Shown here: positions 25,013-37,325 of the stretch, piece after piece
How the letters are laid out: the number at the start of each line of letters is the position of its first letter
How positions within the stretch are numbered: position 1 is the first letter of the stretch
Source: Trichodelitschia bisporula
Taxonomy: Eukaryota
Direction: 5' to 3'
NCBI GenBank assembly: GCA_010356995.1
Contig: ML996699.1
Coordinates: 819,646 to 883,645 of the forward strand
DNA: 64,000 bases
Translations under genes and position numbers: made by a program
The notes under the pieces: model-generated
Told to the model about the DNA's origin: nothing
Databases searched by the model: none
What the model saw: the letters and a program-made list of their open reading frames with translations, nothing else

Positions 25013-26537
25013 TGCGGCGGTTGTGGAGGTTGAGAGTAGGGAGGGGCTGTGGAGTTCGGGAAGTGACTGTGGTATGTTCGTGAAGCGACTGGAGTGGCGA
25101 TGAGTTTTAGAACAACGCTTTGTGGCTACAACTCCATTTATACCGACTAGCTAAAGCGACTTGTTAGTTTCCGTGCCGGCTCGGCGCGTGGGACATTGAC
25201 ACATGGGCGATGGACTAAGGTTTACGGGGGGTAGGATGCTTGATGGGCTAGCCCTTGGTGCAGTTCTAGTCCAAGGCCGGTTGAAGCTGCGTGACTGAAT
25301 ACTGTCACGGTACGGGGTATGTGCAATCTGGGCCTGGCGGGAAGCGAGGGGAAATCTCGGTAATCGTAGCTAGGTATCATATTAAGTGGCTTTAGGCCCG
25401 TCTATTTCGGCTACGTGGGAGTACCTGAAGCGGACAAATCCCGCTGTACGTAGCGGAAAACCCGAGTTCAAGAATCCGGTGTCATATATATCGAGACCAC
25501 GGGCTGACATGACTTGCCAGCGGTGCCGAATCGCGTCGGCAGTCGTTGTGGTTACGGCGAGAGTGCATGCCGAGCGTCGCAGGGTAATATGGGGAGATTG
25601 CGGAGTGAGCTCTAGCGAGAACAGGTACATGTCAGTTTTGGAGGGGATGGCGTGTGAGGGTGTCCACTCAATACTTACATGGCTGCAGCGAAGGCGAGAG
25701 CAGTGAGGGTGTGTAGGATGTTAAGCAGGCGAAGAAGTTAGCTTCCACGGATTCGGTGGCCGAGGTACTTGGCCCGTATACTCTTTCGAGCCGGTAAAAT
25801 GCAGAAAGACATTTGCTTGCAAATGGATTATTTGGAAGCTGGACAGTACCTCTTTGTATTCTTGTCCATTCGTGAAAGTTCTGCCGATGGGGATACGGAG
25901 TTTGGTGTTGCTGAGGGAGATAAGCTTTGTAAGTGGGATGGGGAAAAGCTTGTTTTTGCGCTAGACCAGGATGCACGATCGATCGACAAGGCGACGACCA
26001 CTCAGCCTTGCGACGTCTTACAACTAACAGGAGCGCGAGATATGCTTAGGTTAATGCTGATTGCGGAATTCAGGTTTTCTAAGGTGCGCATGGTCTTTTC
26101 TTGTTGAGAGGCGCAGAAATAGGAAGTTTTCAGGGTGAGTATGCGACATGGGAAGGCAGTGCTTGTGGTGAGCGGAGCTCCCCTGATGAAAGGTGGCGGT
26201 ATGGGTGATAATGATGGCACTGGGCTTAGAGATAAGCGCTGAAGACCGCAAGCCTACGATGCTTCATGTGCGCTGACAACTTCGTGATTGTATTCAAAGC
26301 GTTGTAGATTTTCGATCAGAGCGGGAGGTTGACAATGACGGCGAGCAGCGGTAATGAAAGGCTGCGATAGAGGTAGGCGGAGCATCGCTGCTTCATTGCA
26401 GCAAAACATTGAAGAGCTGTCCAAGACCCAGTTGAGCTGCCATGAGAGATACATCAGGGGCTGGGACAAGTGGTGTTGATCAGACATGCGGACAAACCGG
26501 AGGACCCCTTTACATTTACCGTTGGGCAAAGGTCTGT

Positions 26538-26641
26538 TGCCTTCGGGCATATGGTCAATTTGAAACAATACAGAGAAGATTAGCATGGCCCCTGCACTAA
26601 GGATGACACGCTCAATCAAAGAGAAGCTCCCCTTTTTTTTT
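26538..26641 (+). ncRNA. SNR6: U6 spliceosomal snRNA (intronless)
   Basis: 5' hairpin TGCCTTCGGGCA, ACAGAGA box, AGC triad, ISL ATGGCCCCTGCACTAAGGATGA, and a poly-T Pol III terminator at 26633-26641. Confidence 0.97.
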
Positions 26642-26764
26642 GCCCTGCTCCACCTGATGGAGTTGAAGATTCGCTTTTGGCGGCGTTGGGATCGCGAGAT
26701 GGAGATCTAGAGGGACATCTAAAGAATGAGAATTTTGAGAGTCGTATAGGCAGTACTGGTGGCA

Positions 26765-26774
26765 GGATTCGAAC
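26765..26774 (-). promoter_or_regulatory. Pol III B box downstream of U6
   Basis: GTTCGAATCC on the minus strand about 125 nt after the terminator; intragenic A box TGGTCAATTTG at 26552-26562. Confidence 0.7.
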
Positions 26775-29700
26775 GTGAGACCTTTGCGAGAGCTGTTTGC
26801 CATGTTTCTCGTGGTGGTTGAGACGAAAGGATGTTTGGGGGAAGGGTGGTGTCGTCCGAGGTTGGGAACGCGGATATATTTAAGCTCCATGTGGAGCCTA
26901 AGCACGTGCAATACCCCGGACGGAAAGGGCGAGGGTCTCACGTCTACCGCAAAGTGACTAAGCTTCTTGGAAACGAAGATAACATTCTACTCTACATTCA
27001 TCTTCTCCTATTCGTCCTTTTCCTGAGGAACTGAACTCATCCATGATGAAGGCAGTCTTACTCGCATACCTCACCCACACGCTAGAGCACTGGTGTATTA
27101 TATGTTTATAAACGCCGCGCAGTGTATTGCTTGCCATTGCCTCGCGGTACACATCCATACTCCGTGGGCCGAACAGCTTCACGATGAGATGGTCCAGAAA
27201 TCCAGCGAGCTAATATGGCTTGGTCGCTAGCTTTTTTTATACTGGAGAACCGAACCGGCGTTGTCTATGGATTTGCCGACCAGCAGCGGTTAATTGTGGC
27301 TGATCTGGCCGTCCGAGACAAACATCTACCGCTCGGATGGCGATGGAAGAGGATCTGCCGGCTTGAATCACTGCCCAAGGGTACCGTATACTGGATTGGG
27401 GTGGGGATTCGGAAACTGAGTTTGATAAGAAAAGTGTTTCAGCGTCCTGAATAAGCCCGCGCATATCATCACCTTCGGCAAGGCCAAGCTCCTGGACCGA
27501 GCCGATGCCTATATCACTAGACAATGGGATATATCACGGGAAGTAAGTCTTTAGCCGGCTCCTATCTCACTTAGAACCGACTACAATCAACCAGCCGGCA
27601 ATCACGGTACGACTTCATACTGCGTCATGCCGAGAGCTCCGGCACGATGCTCCCCAATAGCTGGCTTAGCTAACCAAACGAGTAGTACTGCCATATACCC
27701 CAATCCTGATTCCGTGACGACAACAAACACGTCCGAGTGCGCCGTCCGGTGTTCAACATCTCTCTAACAGGCACACGGCCAGACCGGGAACGCACCCACC
27801 GTACGGGCAACCCACCACCGTTAAGTCCGCTGCCATCACACCAAACCCTTCACCCCATGCAGACATCAATGACAAACACGCCAGCCAGACCGGCCGACGT
27901 TGCCAGCAGCCGCGCACCCCGCCCCTCGTACAGGATCCTGCACCTTCCCGCCGCACCGTGCAACCAGCATAAATCGCACATGCGATAAACGGGCACTTCC
28001 CCACCCCCTTGCCGCCTCGTCAACCGTCCGCGCACAACCACTTCGCCACCCTCCTCAGCCTTGCAGCACGCGCCCGCGCCCGTCCTCGGTGTCGCAATTC
28101 ATCACTCCGCTCCGGTCCTAACCGACGCCATTGCGCATGGCCGCAAGATGACGTGATCAGCGCCTCGTCACCGAGGATATGGACCGCGGCCGCAGCCGTT
28201 AATGCCGTCGACCACGCGCAATATCTCGCCGCCGCTCGATGGGACGTCTCACGCTCCCAGGGCTAATGCAGTGGCGAACATGCGGCTCTGCCCCCCAACG
28301 CAGGAGTCCGCGAACCACATACGGTACGGGCGAGCTGGCGTTAAGCTGACGCCCTGAAATGGCCGCAACCGTCGTCCATATTCCCACGAGACATTCGCCC
28401 GCCTGTCGCCGCGTTACCCGGTCTCACATCTCAACCCAGCTCGCACCCAGCTCCGGCGGCGAACTTGCGGCTCCGCTCTCCATGCAGGAGTTCAGCTCCC
28501 GCACGGAGCCTTCGTCATCGCGACTCAACGCACCCTCCGCACATACGTCACGCCACCACCGCGCGGGTGCCTAGGCTGCCTAGCCCGATCGCGCGTTCGC
28601 GGGCCGGATTGGGGAGCGGTGAGTGGGTGTGCGTGCGGTGCGGCCTCTGTGGCTTGAAGGGGTGGGAGGGCGGTTGGGACGGGCGAGTTGGGGTGGGTGG
28701 CGTGCGGATTACGCTATCTTCTCGAGTGTTGAGCTGGGAGGGGGTGTTTGCTCCTCGAGTCCGTTGCGTACATCAGTCGGGTGGTCGTAGGATGCGCCGA
28801 GGAGGTTCGCGCCCTGTTCATCGGTGTGCAGCGCCGCGCCCGCGCCCGCATGCGGCTATCCGCCGCTACCGCATATACGGTACGTACCGCCGTGCCTCCT
28901 TCCGCACGGGCGGGTTTCTCGTCGCCCACTGCGTCGCCGCTGCACTGCACCCCAGAAAATGACCCGCAGGATCGAACGCCAGTCTTTACACGCGGAAGCA
29001 CGTACGAAGCATGTAAAGCTACCGTACTGTCGCATTAGCTCACTTCAGACACCTTTCCAATGCGTTAAGCGCACCTAAGGGCGGAGCAAATTGCCCGCCG
29101 CAAATGATGATTAGGGGGGAGCAAGCGTCTGCTGCGTCCAGTGCGGGGAGGGGCACATGAGCGTGTGGTGGGGGGTGGAGGGTGCGGTGATGGGGTGTGC
29201 GGTCAGCCTTGCGAGGGCGGATGATCCCGCCGAGAGGAGAATACCGTATGTGTGATGGACGTGTTTCATCTCTCCGTCGCTGCGGGCATGGCAGCAGAAT
29301 TTGATCTGATGCCGGCCTTTTGCTCCCCTCCCCTCAACACCGCGCAAAACCGCATCGGCACTGCCCCACCACGAGCCCATTCCCAACCCTTCCCCACCCG
29401 TAACCCGCAACATCCCCCCCGCAAGCCATTCGCCGACAGAACAACAATTAAACTAGAACTAGCATTTGGGGATTTGGGGGCCAAGAGAAACCCCTCCCTC
29501 AAACCAAACCATTCAATATTCCCAACTTCCCCATCCAGTACCAGGACGGTCTGAGCCACACCCCTCCCCCTCGAAACAGCTTAGCCCTGCGCCTCTCGTG
29601 GCGCGCAGGCGGTGCATCCAACCCCAGCACGCCTGGGCAAGCCACTGCGCAAGGCGCCCCGCGACGAGTGGGTCGCAGGCAGCGGGAAGGCAGCCTGGTG

Positions 29701-30748
29701 TGGGCCAAGGGGCCAAGATTGCTGCGGAGGGGTGCACCGTGCATGGGAGTGTGGTGATATGATGACGCCTGCCTTTTTTTTTCTGGCTGGTGGGGGGTGT
29801 GTGTGTGTGCCTTGGGGGCAACGAACCGAACGGGTGCGGGTGCTCGGCACCAAGCAGATGCTTGTGAGCGTTTTCGTTGCGGGAGGAGATGCGCGATGTT
29901 GCCCCGTTGCGAGGGGAGGTGCGGGGTGGGGCGTTAAGTTGTGATCGTGAGGGTTGGTGGGGTGGGGTGGGGTGGGCAAGGTGGGGCACGATGCGATGCG
30001 GGAAGGAGCAGAGCGAATTTGCTTGGTGATCGGACTTCTTCTTTCTGTCTACTACCGTACAATATTGTAGAATTAGTCTAGGATGCCGTATCCAGCGATC
30101 AACAAAACCCTCCTCGACGATGATCCAACCCGTCCATCATCGCAGGCTGCATCCTCGCCGCGATCCCAATCGAGCAAGATAGAGCCACGGAGCTCCGCGC
30201 TCCGCGTCCCCCCAGTCCAACGTACGCGCCATTCACGAATCACCACCCGCGAAACAAAAAAAAGCGTGACCAAGGCAAGGCAACGAAGCTATGCTGCGGG
30301 GCATCTGCTCTGCCTTTCCGCCCCTCCATCAACGTAAACCCCTCGTCTGAATCGCCCGATAGACCGCGTCGTATACATGCCCCTCCTTTTTTCGTCCGAG
30401 CAAAGCCAGACAGGATATGCAAAAAAGACGTCCAAGAAACCGATGCAGCGCCGCGCGCAAGCGTGCTCGCGTCGAGGGCGGGCGGTGAGCGACGTGTCGG
30501 CGAGAGGGGTGGTTGGACCGCGGCCCGCATAACGCGTGACAGCGCGCTCCGGGTTTGCCCATCGTACGGTAGAACGCAGAAAAAGCAATAATTCCCCATA
30601 CCATCCATCCGTATCACCCCCCTCGCCGCTAGGCGAGCAAGAAATCGTGAATGCTCATGGAGGTTGGATGCTTGTTAGGCTTCGAAGAAATCATGGTGCT
30701 CATGAAGTTGGGTGCTGTGAGGCGAAGAAAAAGTCGTGATGCTCATGC

Positions 30749-31402
30749 TCAAGGGTTGAACCGCCGCGCACTCAGCGCACTCGGTGACCGCACTTCCAGG
30801 TTGTACCGCAGCTTCTTCTCCATCGCCTCGTCGCGCCGCAGCTGCTCGATGTCCTGCTCCCACAGGCTGCCGCGCTTGTCCTTGCGGCGCGCACCCTCCG
30901 GTGCAACGACGCGCGTGCGGTGCGGAGGCGAGGGAGGGCGAACCGCTGCGTCGCGGCGCGGGTGCACGCCTGGTTGGCGGGAGGGAACGTGATAACTCGA
31001 ATCGAACGACTTGGGGCGGAGGAAGGCGTCATCCCTGCGGAGCGCAGACTCCACAGCGCGCAGGAGGGAGAGGACTTGCTCATAGCCGGACGGAATCTCG
31101 ATGTGCACTTCGCGGTAGTTCTCGCGGTCGTGGGCGTACATCTTGAGGTGCCCGTCGCTGGAGGGCCGGGTGTAGAAGAGGTCGGCGACAGTGATGGCGA
31201 GGGCGTGGCCTTCGGGGCAGAGTTGTCCCCGTGACTTGTAGACTCTGTAGGCGTCGTGGCAGGCGAGGCAGGAGAGGGCGTGGATTTCGTAGTGGTAGAG
31301 GGCCCATTGTTCGTCGACGCGGACCTGGCGCGAGACGGAGTCGACGAGGTTGGCGGCGAACTTCACGCCGGCGGGGCTGGCGGGGAGGCGGATGGCGGGC
31401 AT
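30749..31402 (-). CDS. Fungal hypothetical protein (217 aa) with an H-x3-C-x2-C...C-x3-H possible metal site
   Basis: ACAATG start, strong C-ending codon bias and motif HALSCLACHDAYRVYKSRGQLCPEGHALA. Confidence 0.75.
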   Translation of the reverse strand: MPAIRLPASPAGVKFAANLVDSVSRQVRVDEQWALYHYEIHALSCLACHDAYRVYKSRGQLCPEGHALAITVADLFYTRPSSDGHLKMYAHDRENYREVHIEIPSGYEQVLSLLRAVESALRRDDAFLRPKSFDSSYHVPSRQPGVHPRRDAAVRPPSPPHRTRVVAPEGARRKDKRGSLWEQDIEQLRRDEAMEKKLRYNLEVRSPSALSARRFNP

Positions 31403-33944
31403 TGTGGATGACAGTGTTGAGTGGAGAGGTGTGTGTGGTGGGATGGTGTGCTTGGGAGCAGTAGCGAAGGGTTGTTAAGTAGAGATGGTGCGGTGCCAGG
31501 CGTGGTGATATGGAGAAGGAATGATGTGGTGAGTGGATTGAGTGGGGAAGAGAGGAGGAAGGACGGAGGCTTTTATAATTCTCTTCGCAGGTAGCTTTGG
31601 TAAGACAGGCAGCAGACTCCCCAAAGCGGTAAAAGGGAAAGCTTGGTGATGTAAAAGGGTTGTTGGTGCACAAAGGGTGTGTGGTGTCGTATGCCCTCCT
31701 CTCCTCAACGCGGCATGCCGAAATCTTTATAGAGCAAGACGACGCATAGCCCGTTGCTGCCGAACGCCCAAGGACCGGGGGCATGCATGGGTGACAAGGG
31801 ACATGGTACCAGGGTCGGGAATAGTTGGGTGGGCGGCGTAGGCGCAGTAGGCAGCGGTCTCTTGGAATCCTCCTTCTCACCCTTTCTTGCCCTACTCCTC
31901 ATTATTGTCAGTCCTGCCTCTTTCGCCCAGCCCACACTCTCCATACCCTTCCCCCCTCGTCCCATTTCGCCCCCTCCCCCATCTCTCTGACCATCGCCGG
32001 ACACCCCCCCCCCCCCCAGTCGCTCAAAAAGAGCCTGGGGGCCTGGATCAGAGCCAAAGACCTGCGACCAGCAGGCTCCAAGGCCAAGACTCCCAGGCTG
32101 CTGCTGCTGCTGCTGCGGCACTGTCTGCCGATTTCAGCCATCAGAGGTGCAGCAGCCGATGACCTTCTGCCTCCGTTGACTGCTCAATGCAGCTCATCGG
32201 ACGCCGCGCCCTGTAGGGCGCTAACGATTTCTCTGCCGCGCGCGCATGACGGCCGACACCGATGAAGCCGAAGTGAGGACCGAGGAGTCAGAGTGGTGTC
32301 CATGTCGCCGGAGAAGGATTGGGTGTGGGTGGAGGAATTGGCGGGAGTGTGAGGACGCGCGGCTAACGTGGTGTTTCGGCGACGGTTAGAAATCTCTGCT
32401 TACCGTTTTTTTCTTACTGCGAATCTGGGTATCTGGCTTCGCACTGCCTACTGGCCTTGCTTGCCTGTTCTAATTGCGGGGAGCTTTCGGCCAACCAGCG
32501 TCTTCGAATTGCACTTTAGGTCGTCGTGGAAGCAGGAACGACCATCTATCGCCAACATCATTTGGTAGCCAGAAATACTTTAGGAAGTAGAGCTGATCTT
32601 CTATATCTAGTATCGCTTGCAGTCCCTCCATGATGCCTCTCCCACTGCCTGTAATCGAGTGGAAGTGTAAAGTTGCCGAGGAGGGTACGCATCCCCCGAG
32701 CTGATAAGGCGAGATCCAGGAAGTCGTCTGAGGGGGTCAGCGGTCGTAGGGCAATGAGAAGATATCTTCTCATGGCCCTACGATCTGACGCGCCACGAGG
32801 ACACCATCCATAATGCAAACAAGCAGAAGGCTCACACCGTACCTTCTTCACAGCATTTGTGTGGCGACTCACATCATACGGCTTAATTATGATTCTCTCA
32901 GCAAATGCGTTGTTTTCGGACGTTGGAGCTACTCGTAGGCGCAGCGATAGCGACTCGATTTAGCAATTGCGATGCTCACTCAAGATGGGATTGGTTGGGA
33001 CGAGGCTAGCTCTTACACCTATCGGCGACGATTATAACTCGAGTTTCATTTGTCAGTTTCGCCAAGTTATGTAATATACCGATTACTTTCCACAGTCGGG
33101 TCAAGGGCGTTTGGGAATGGCGCGCGAATGACGCTTTTAGGAACAACTGCGAGATGCCGGAAGAGCGAGCCTGGCGATGCGGGCAAGCGTGAGGACAACT
33201 GACAGTCTGCGAGTATCCTGAGTTTCGCAATTGGCCGCCGGCAGGCTGGATTGGGCATCGTACCGTAACACACCGCACCATCCTCTTCCCACTTCCCATG
33301 CCACCTTTAACTTCAACACCTCTCGTACAGCAGCCAGCCCAGTCATCCCCGCGATGTTCCCATTCAGTGCACCTGCCAGCATACCCTCCCCTAGCTACAG
33401 CCACACCTAGCCCGTCACTGCACCGCCATTCTCAATCCCCGCGCAATCTCCATAAGCACAGCCGCAACAACCCTCGCGCCTCCACCATTGCCCACACCCC
33501 CGGACGCACCACCGTAATCTTCCTTGCTCGGATCCAAATCCCCATTCCCCAATCCATCTGCCACTCTGGGCGTTACGCGATGCGCCCGCGCGTTTTTGCG
33601 ATGGATTTTGCGACCCCACGGCCGGCGTGTCGCGACAAGCGCTCGCAACCCAGTACCTTACAGTAGAATCGTAGATAGACAGAATACTATTCTCGTCGTT
33701 CGCGCATAGCAATCCCAAACCCCACCCGTCACACCTCGCGCCTCGCGTCTATTACCACCCCGTCGCACCCATAGTACCTCGTCCTGCGACGCTATCACCA
33801 AACACACGCGCGCTGCCCCTCCCCCGCGCTTCTGCACGTCCTCCCGCCCCTGCCCCACTCCACACTCGCCGCCTCAGCACGCATTGCCAAATCGAACTCA
33901 CCGGCGCCGCCCAGCCTGCGCGGTGATCATCATGACCCCACTCT

Positions 33945-35044
33945 CGGCACGGCTGCATGGGCCCGATGACGGACGGCCGTCATCGTCATCGTGGCGGCGC
34001 TGATGTGTGCATCGTGGATTGCCCGTTTGGGCGCGACGTGGCTGTGGTACTTCGTGATGGCAGTTGAGCCGCACAAGTGGTCATCGTGACCGCGTTGTCG
34101 CGCAATGGGTGAGACGCCGTCGGGTACCGGTATAGTACCACGGGGACTTGGGCATTGAGCCCATCTTCGGTCAGATGCTTCTCGATGATGCCATGGGAAC
34201 AGTCTCGCGCCCATCCGCAACTGCCTTGTGTACCTTGCGACATCGCGGTGTCTGCCTGCCGGCCGCCGCTCGGCACATCAACCGCACCGTACTTTCTTTT
34301 TCTTGCGTGCAGGCGATGATTCAGACGCCTGGCGCACGGGCCCCACGGGCCGATAGGGTACGGAACGGTAAGACGGGGGCGCAGACGTGACTCCCTCCCC
34401 CACTTCGCATGAACGCCAACATCCAGCACTCCGGGAATGCGGAAAATGCGCCCTAGCCGTGCTGCGACTGGAGAATGGAGGCTAAGGGAAGGGGATGGCT
34501 TGAGTCACCCCGCGATGCCGAGAGAACCTGTCGCGGAATTGACGAATTGACACTTGTGCCGCGCCTTAGGGCGGGGTGTGTGACTGCGGGTGGGTGTGCG
34601 ACCTGCAGCGTGCCGGCTGATGGGGATGACTGTGCGGTGCATTGTCGAGTCAAAGGCGGAGTTGGCGGGGTGCTGCGAGAGGTCAAGAGGGCAGTGGTTC
34701 CCACCCTCTTTGGAGATTCTCTGCTCTTCGGATTATTTCGCACTTTCTGGATTCGGGCTATTGACGAACGTCGCCTTTGGCACCGCGGTATTCCGCGTGT
34801 CTACCTTACCCTAACCTTAGTTCCGTTTTGTTGAATGGCAGCCTGGAGTCCCAATTGCCGTTTTGGGCATTCTGGTCGGAGGGTCGTTGACGTCGAGGCG
34901 GTCGGGGTTAATGGGCACTCAACGTGTTCTCTGTGATGCTGGCTAACAAGAGCATCGGGCTTCCAGTTTGCAACGTTGTCGACCATCACATTGTAGCCTT
35001 GAGCATTCGGAATCCAGGTGCCGAAGTCCCTCGCTTGTCTTGAC
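33945..35044 (+). ncRNA. Candidate large structured ncRNA (telomerase-RNA-like); boundaries approximate
   Basis: Several long-range helices with plus-strand G-U pairs, a U-rich tract, a three-way junction with a P6.1-like hairpin (34950-34962) and GTATGT at 35045. No single-stranded template was found. Confidence 0.3.
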
Positions 35045-35499
35045 GTATGTCAGATTCCCCACACTTTGATGGTGAGCTATGAAGCGGGGTAATACCGTAG
35101 ACTGTTGGCTACCCAGTTCGATAGGAAACCGTCATTGGAATTGCGTTGACTTTACCATTGAACCCTTTGATCGTGTCTCTGTGAGGCGTTCAGTGTTAAT
35201 GTCGTCGGCTTAGCGATGCCAAGCATACTGATATCACCACCACAAGTACCTTCGTGATGAAGAGCAATGCAAAGAAAAAACGGGCCAAACACCGCCTTTA
35301 CAGTTCCCCGCAATGAATAGCCTCTCACAGTGCTCCCAAGTCCAACATTACTGAATGCAATGCTCTGCCCCGCTCGAAATGGTTCGACTCCACGGTGGCG
35401 TGACATCATCTCCCCCGCAAATCCATGGAGATATAACCGTGGGAGACGGCGTCAGTAACCTGTCAGTATGCCATCATACGGTACGTACTACGTAGCAAA

Positions 35500-36756
35500 A
35501 TGCTTCCTCTCCGCATCCTCCGCAGATCAGCTCTCCGCCCCTTCCATAGCACCCCAACATGCCGCCCCACCCCCTTCCGGTTCATCAACATGCGCGCCCT
35601 CGTCTACAACGGCCCGAGCCAACTGGCTCTAGAAGAGCGTCCCAAACCCCAGATCGAGCATACAAGCGACGCAATCATCAAACTTGACTACACCACAATC
35701 TGCGGCACAGACCTGCACATCCTCAAGGGCGACGTGCCTGAAGTAACCAAGGGGCGGATCCTAGGCCACGAGGGCGTCGGCACCATCGTCGAGGTCGGGT
35801 CGGGGGTGACTTCGCACGCCGTCGGCGACCAAGTGCTCATTTCGTGCATCAGCGCTTGTGGCGCTTGCACCTACTGCCGCCGGAATATGTACTCGCACTG
35901 CACGACCGGCGGCTGGGTGCTGGGGCACACCATCGACGGCACGCAGGCGGAGTACGTGCGCATCCCGCACGTCGCGACAAGCACGTACAAGGTGCCCAGG
36001 GGCGTGGACCCGCAAGCCCTGGTCATGCTGAGCGACATCTTCCCCACGGCGTACGAGATGGGCGTGCTGAGCAGCAAAGTACTGCCGGGATCGACAGTGG
36101 TAATTGTGGGTGCTGGGCCGGTGGGTTTGGCGGCTTTGGTTACGGCGAAACTGTATTCGCCAAGTTGGGTGTTGGTGGTGGACCCGGATGAGAATCGGCT
36201 GGAGGTTGCGAGGGAGTGGGGGGCGGTGGATGCGTGTACGCCTGCGGAGGCGGTTGGGAAGGTTAGGGAGTTGACGGAGGGAGTGGGGGCGGATTGTGTG
36301 ATTGAGTGTGTGGGGATTCCGGAGACGTTTGAGCAGTGCCAGGAGTTGGTGGCGCCTGGGGGGGTTGTTGCGTGAGTATTCTCTCATGGGAGATGGGGTG
36401 AGGCTGACGGTGTAGGAATGTGGGTGTGCATGGCACGAAGGCAGATCTCCAGTTACAGAAACTGTGGGCGTCGAATATCTGTGGGCATTTTTCTTCGGGT
36501 TGATGATGTCGCAGTGCTGACTGTTTAGCGATCACCATGGGTCTCGTGGATACAGTTTCGACGCCGACGCTCCTAAGGCTACTGGGCAGCGGGAAGCTGG
36601 CGGCGGACAAGATGATTACGCATCGTGAGTTGCTCCGCTCCACTTAGTTCAATGCTGACACATATAGGCTTCAAGTTTGCGGACATGGAGAAGGCGTACG
36701 GGACGTTTGGGGCTGCGGCAAAGGAAAAGGCGCTCAAGGTACTGGTGGAGATGTGA
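35500..36756 (+). CDS. Zinc-dependent alcohol dehydrogenase (MDR, FDH-like), 4 exons; alternative start at 35590
   Basis: Motifs TICGTDLH, GHEGVG, structural Zn site CGACTYC...C, LSDIFPT and GAGPVG; introns 36372-36415, 36481-36528 and 36625-36667. Confidence 0.93.
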
Positions 36757-37325
36757 AGGGTTTATTGGATACGGGGTAATCGTAATGAGCATTTCTACCG
36801 AGCTTTGACGAGAAACTGCATTCTTTCATCTTTGGCTTGTGTTCAACGGGACGGCCTCCTCGTCGCCGTCCTCTTTATGCAGCGGCTCGTGATGCTTTCC
36901 GTACGAATCCACAACGCTTCAGCCTGTTGTTTCGTCACCCAGATGTTTGAGGAAGTAACGATCCGCAAGGCTTGAACACGGTTAGGCAAATTACGTCATA
37001 CAGTCCACGCCGGTCACAACTGCCTGTCGCTCCTCCCCCCTCTCCGCACTTTGATGGAGCAGGTGCGACGGGTGCAATGGCCTGATATCGTCCACCGGCG
37101 CACTGACTTCGGATAAGTGCTGCAACCCTTTCCTTTCTTCCTATCGACGACGCCGTCTTCTTACTTTCAATCTCATCACTCAATGCCACCCATCAGCATC
37201 ATCTATCAACGTCATCCTTCACTGAGTTTATATTGTCACTACAACGAAAACAGTGTACATTGTCCTTCAATTCCCGGCGTACAGTACGCCAAATGAGATC
37301 ATTCAAGTGTGGCATGAGCGCTTTG

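Noticed and set aside
25386..26107. Possible spliced gene from ORFs 25386-25706 and 25769-26107
   Set aside because: I could not build a stop-free exon chain, and no domain is recognisable.
26700..26830. tRNA on the minus strand near GTTCGAATCC
   Set aside because: The T-stem and acceptor stem do not pair; better explained as the U6 B box.
35254..35354. C/D snoRNA (GTGATGA...CTGA)
   Set aside because: Weak terminal stem, and I could not match a guide to fungal rRNA by eye; needs snoscan.
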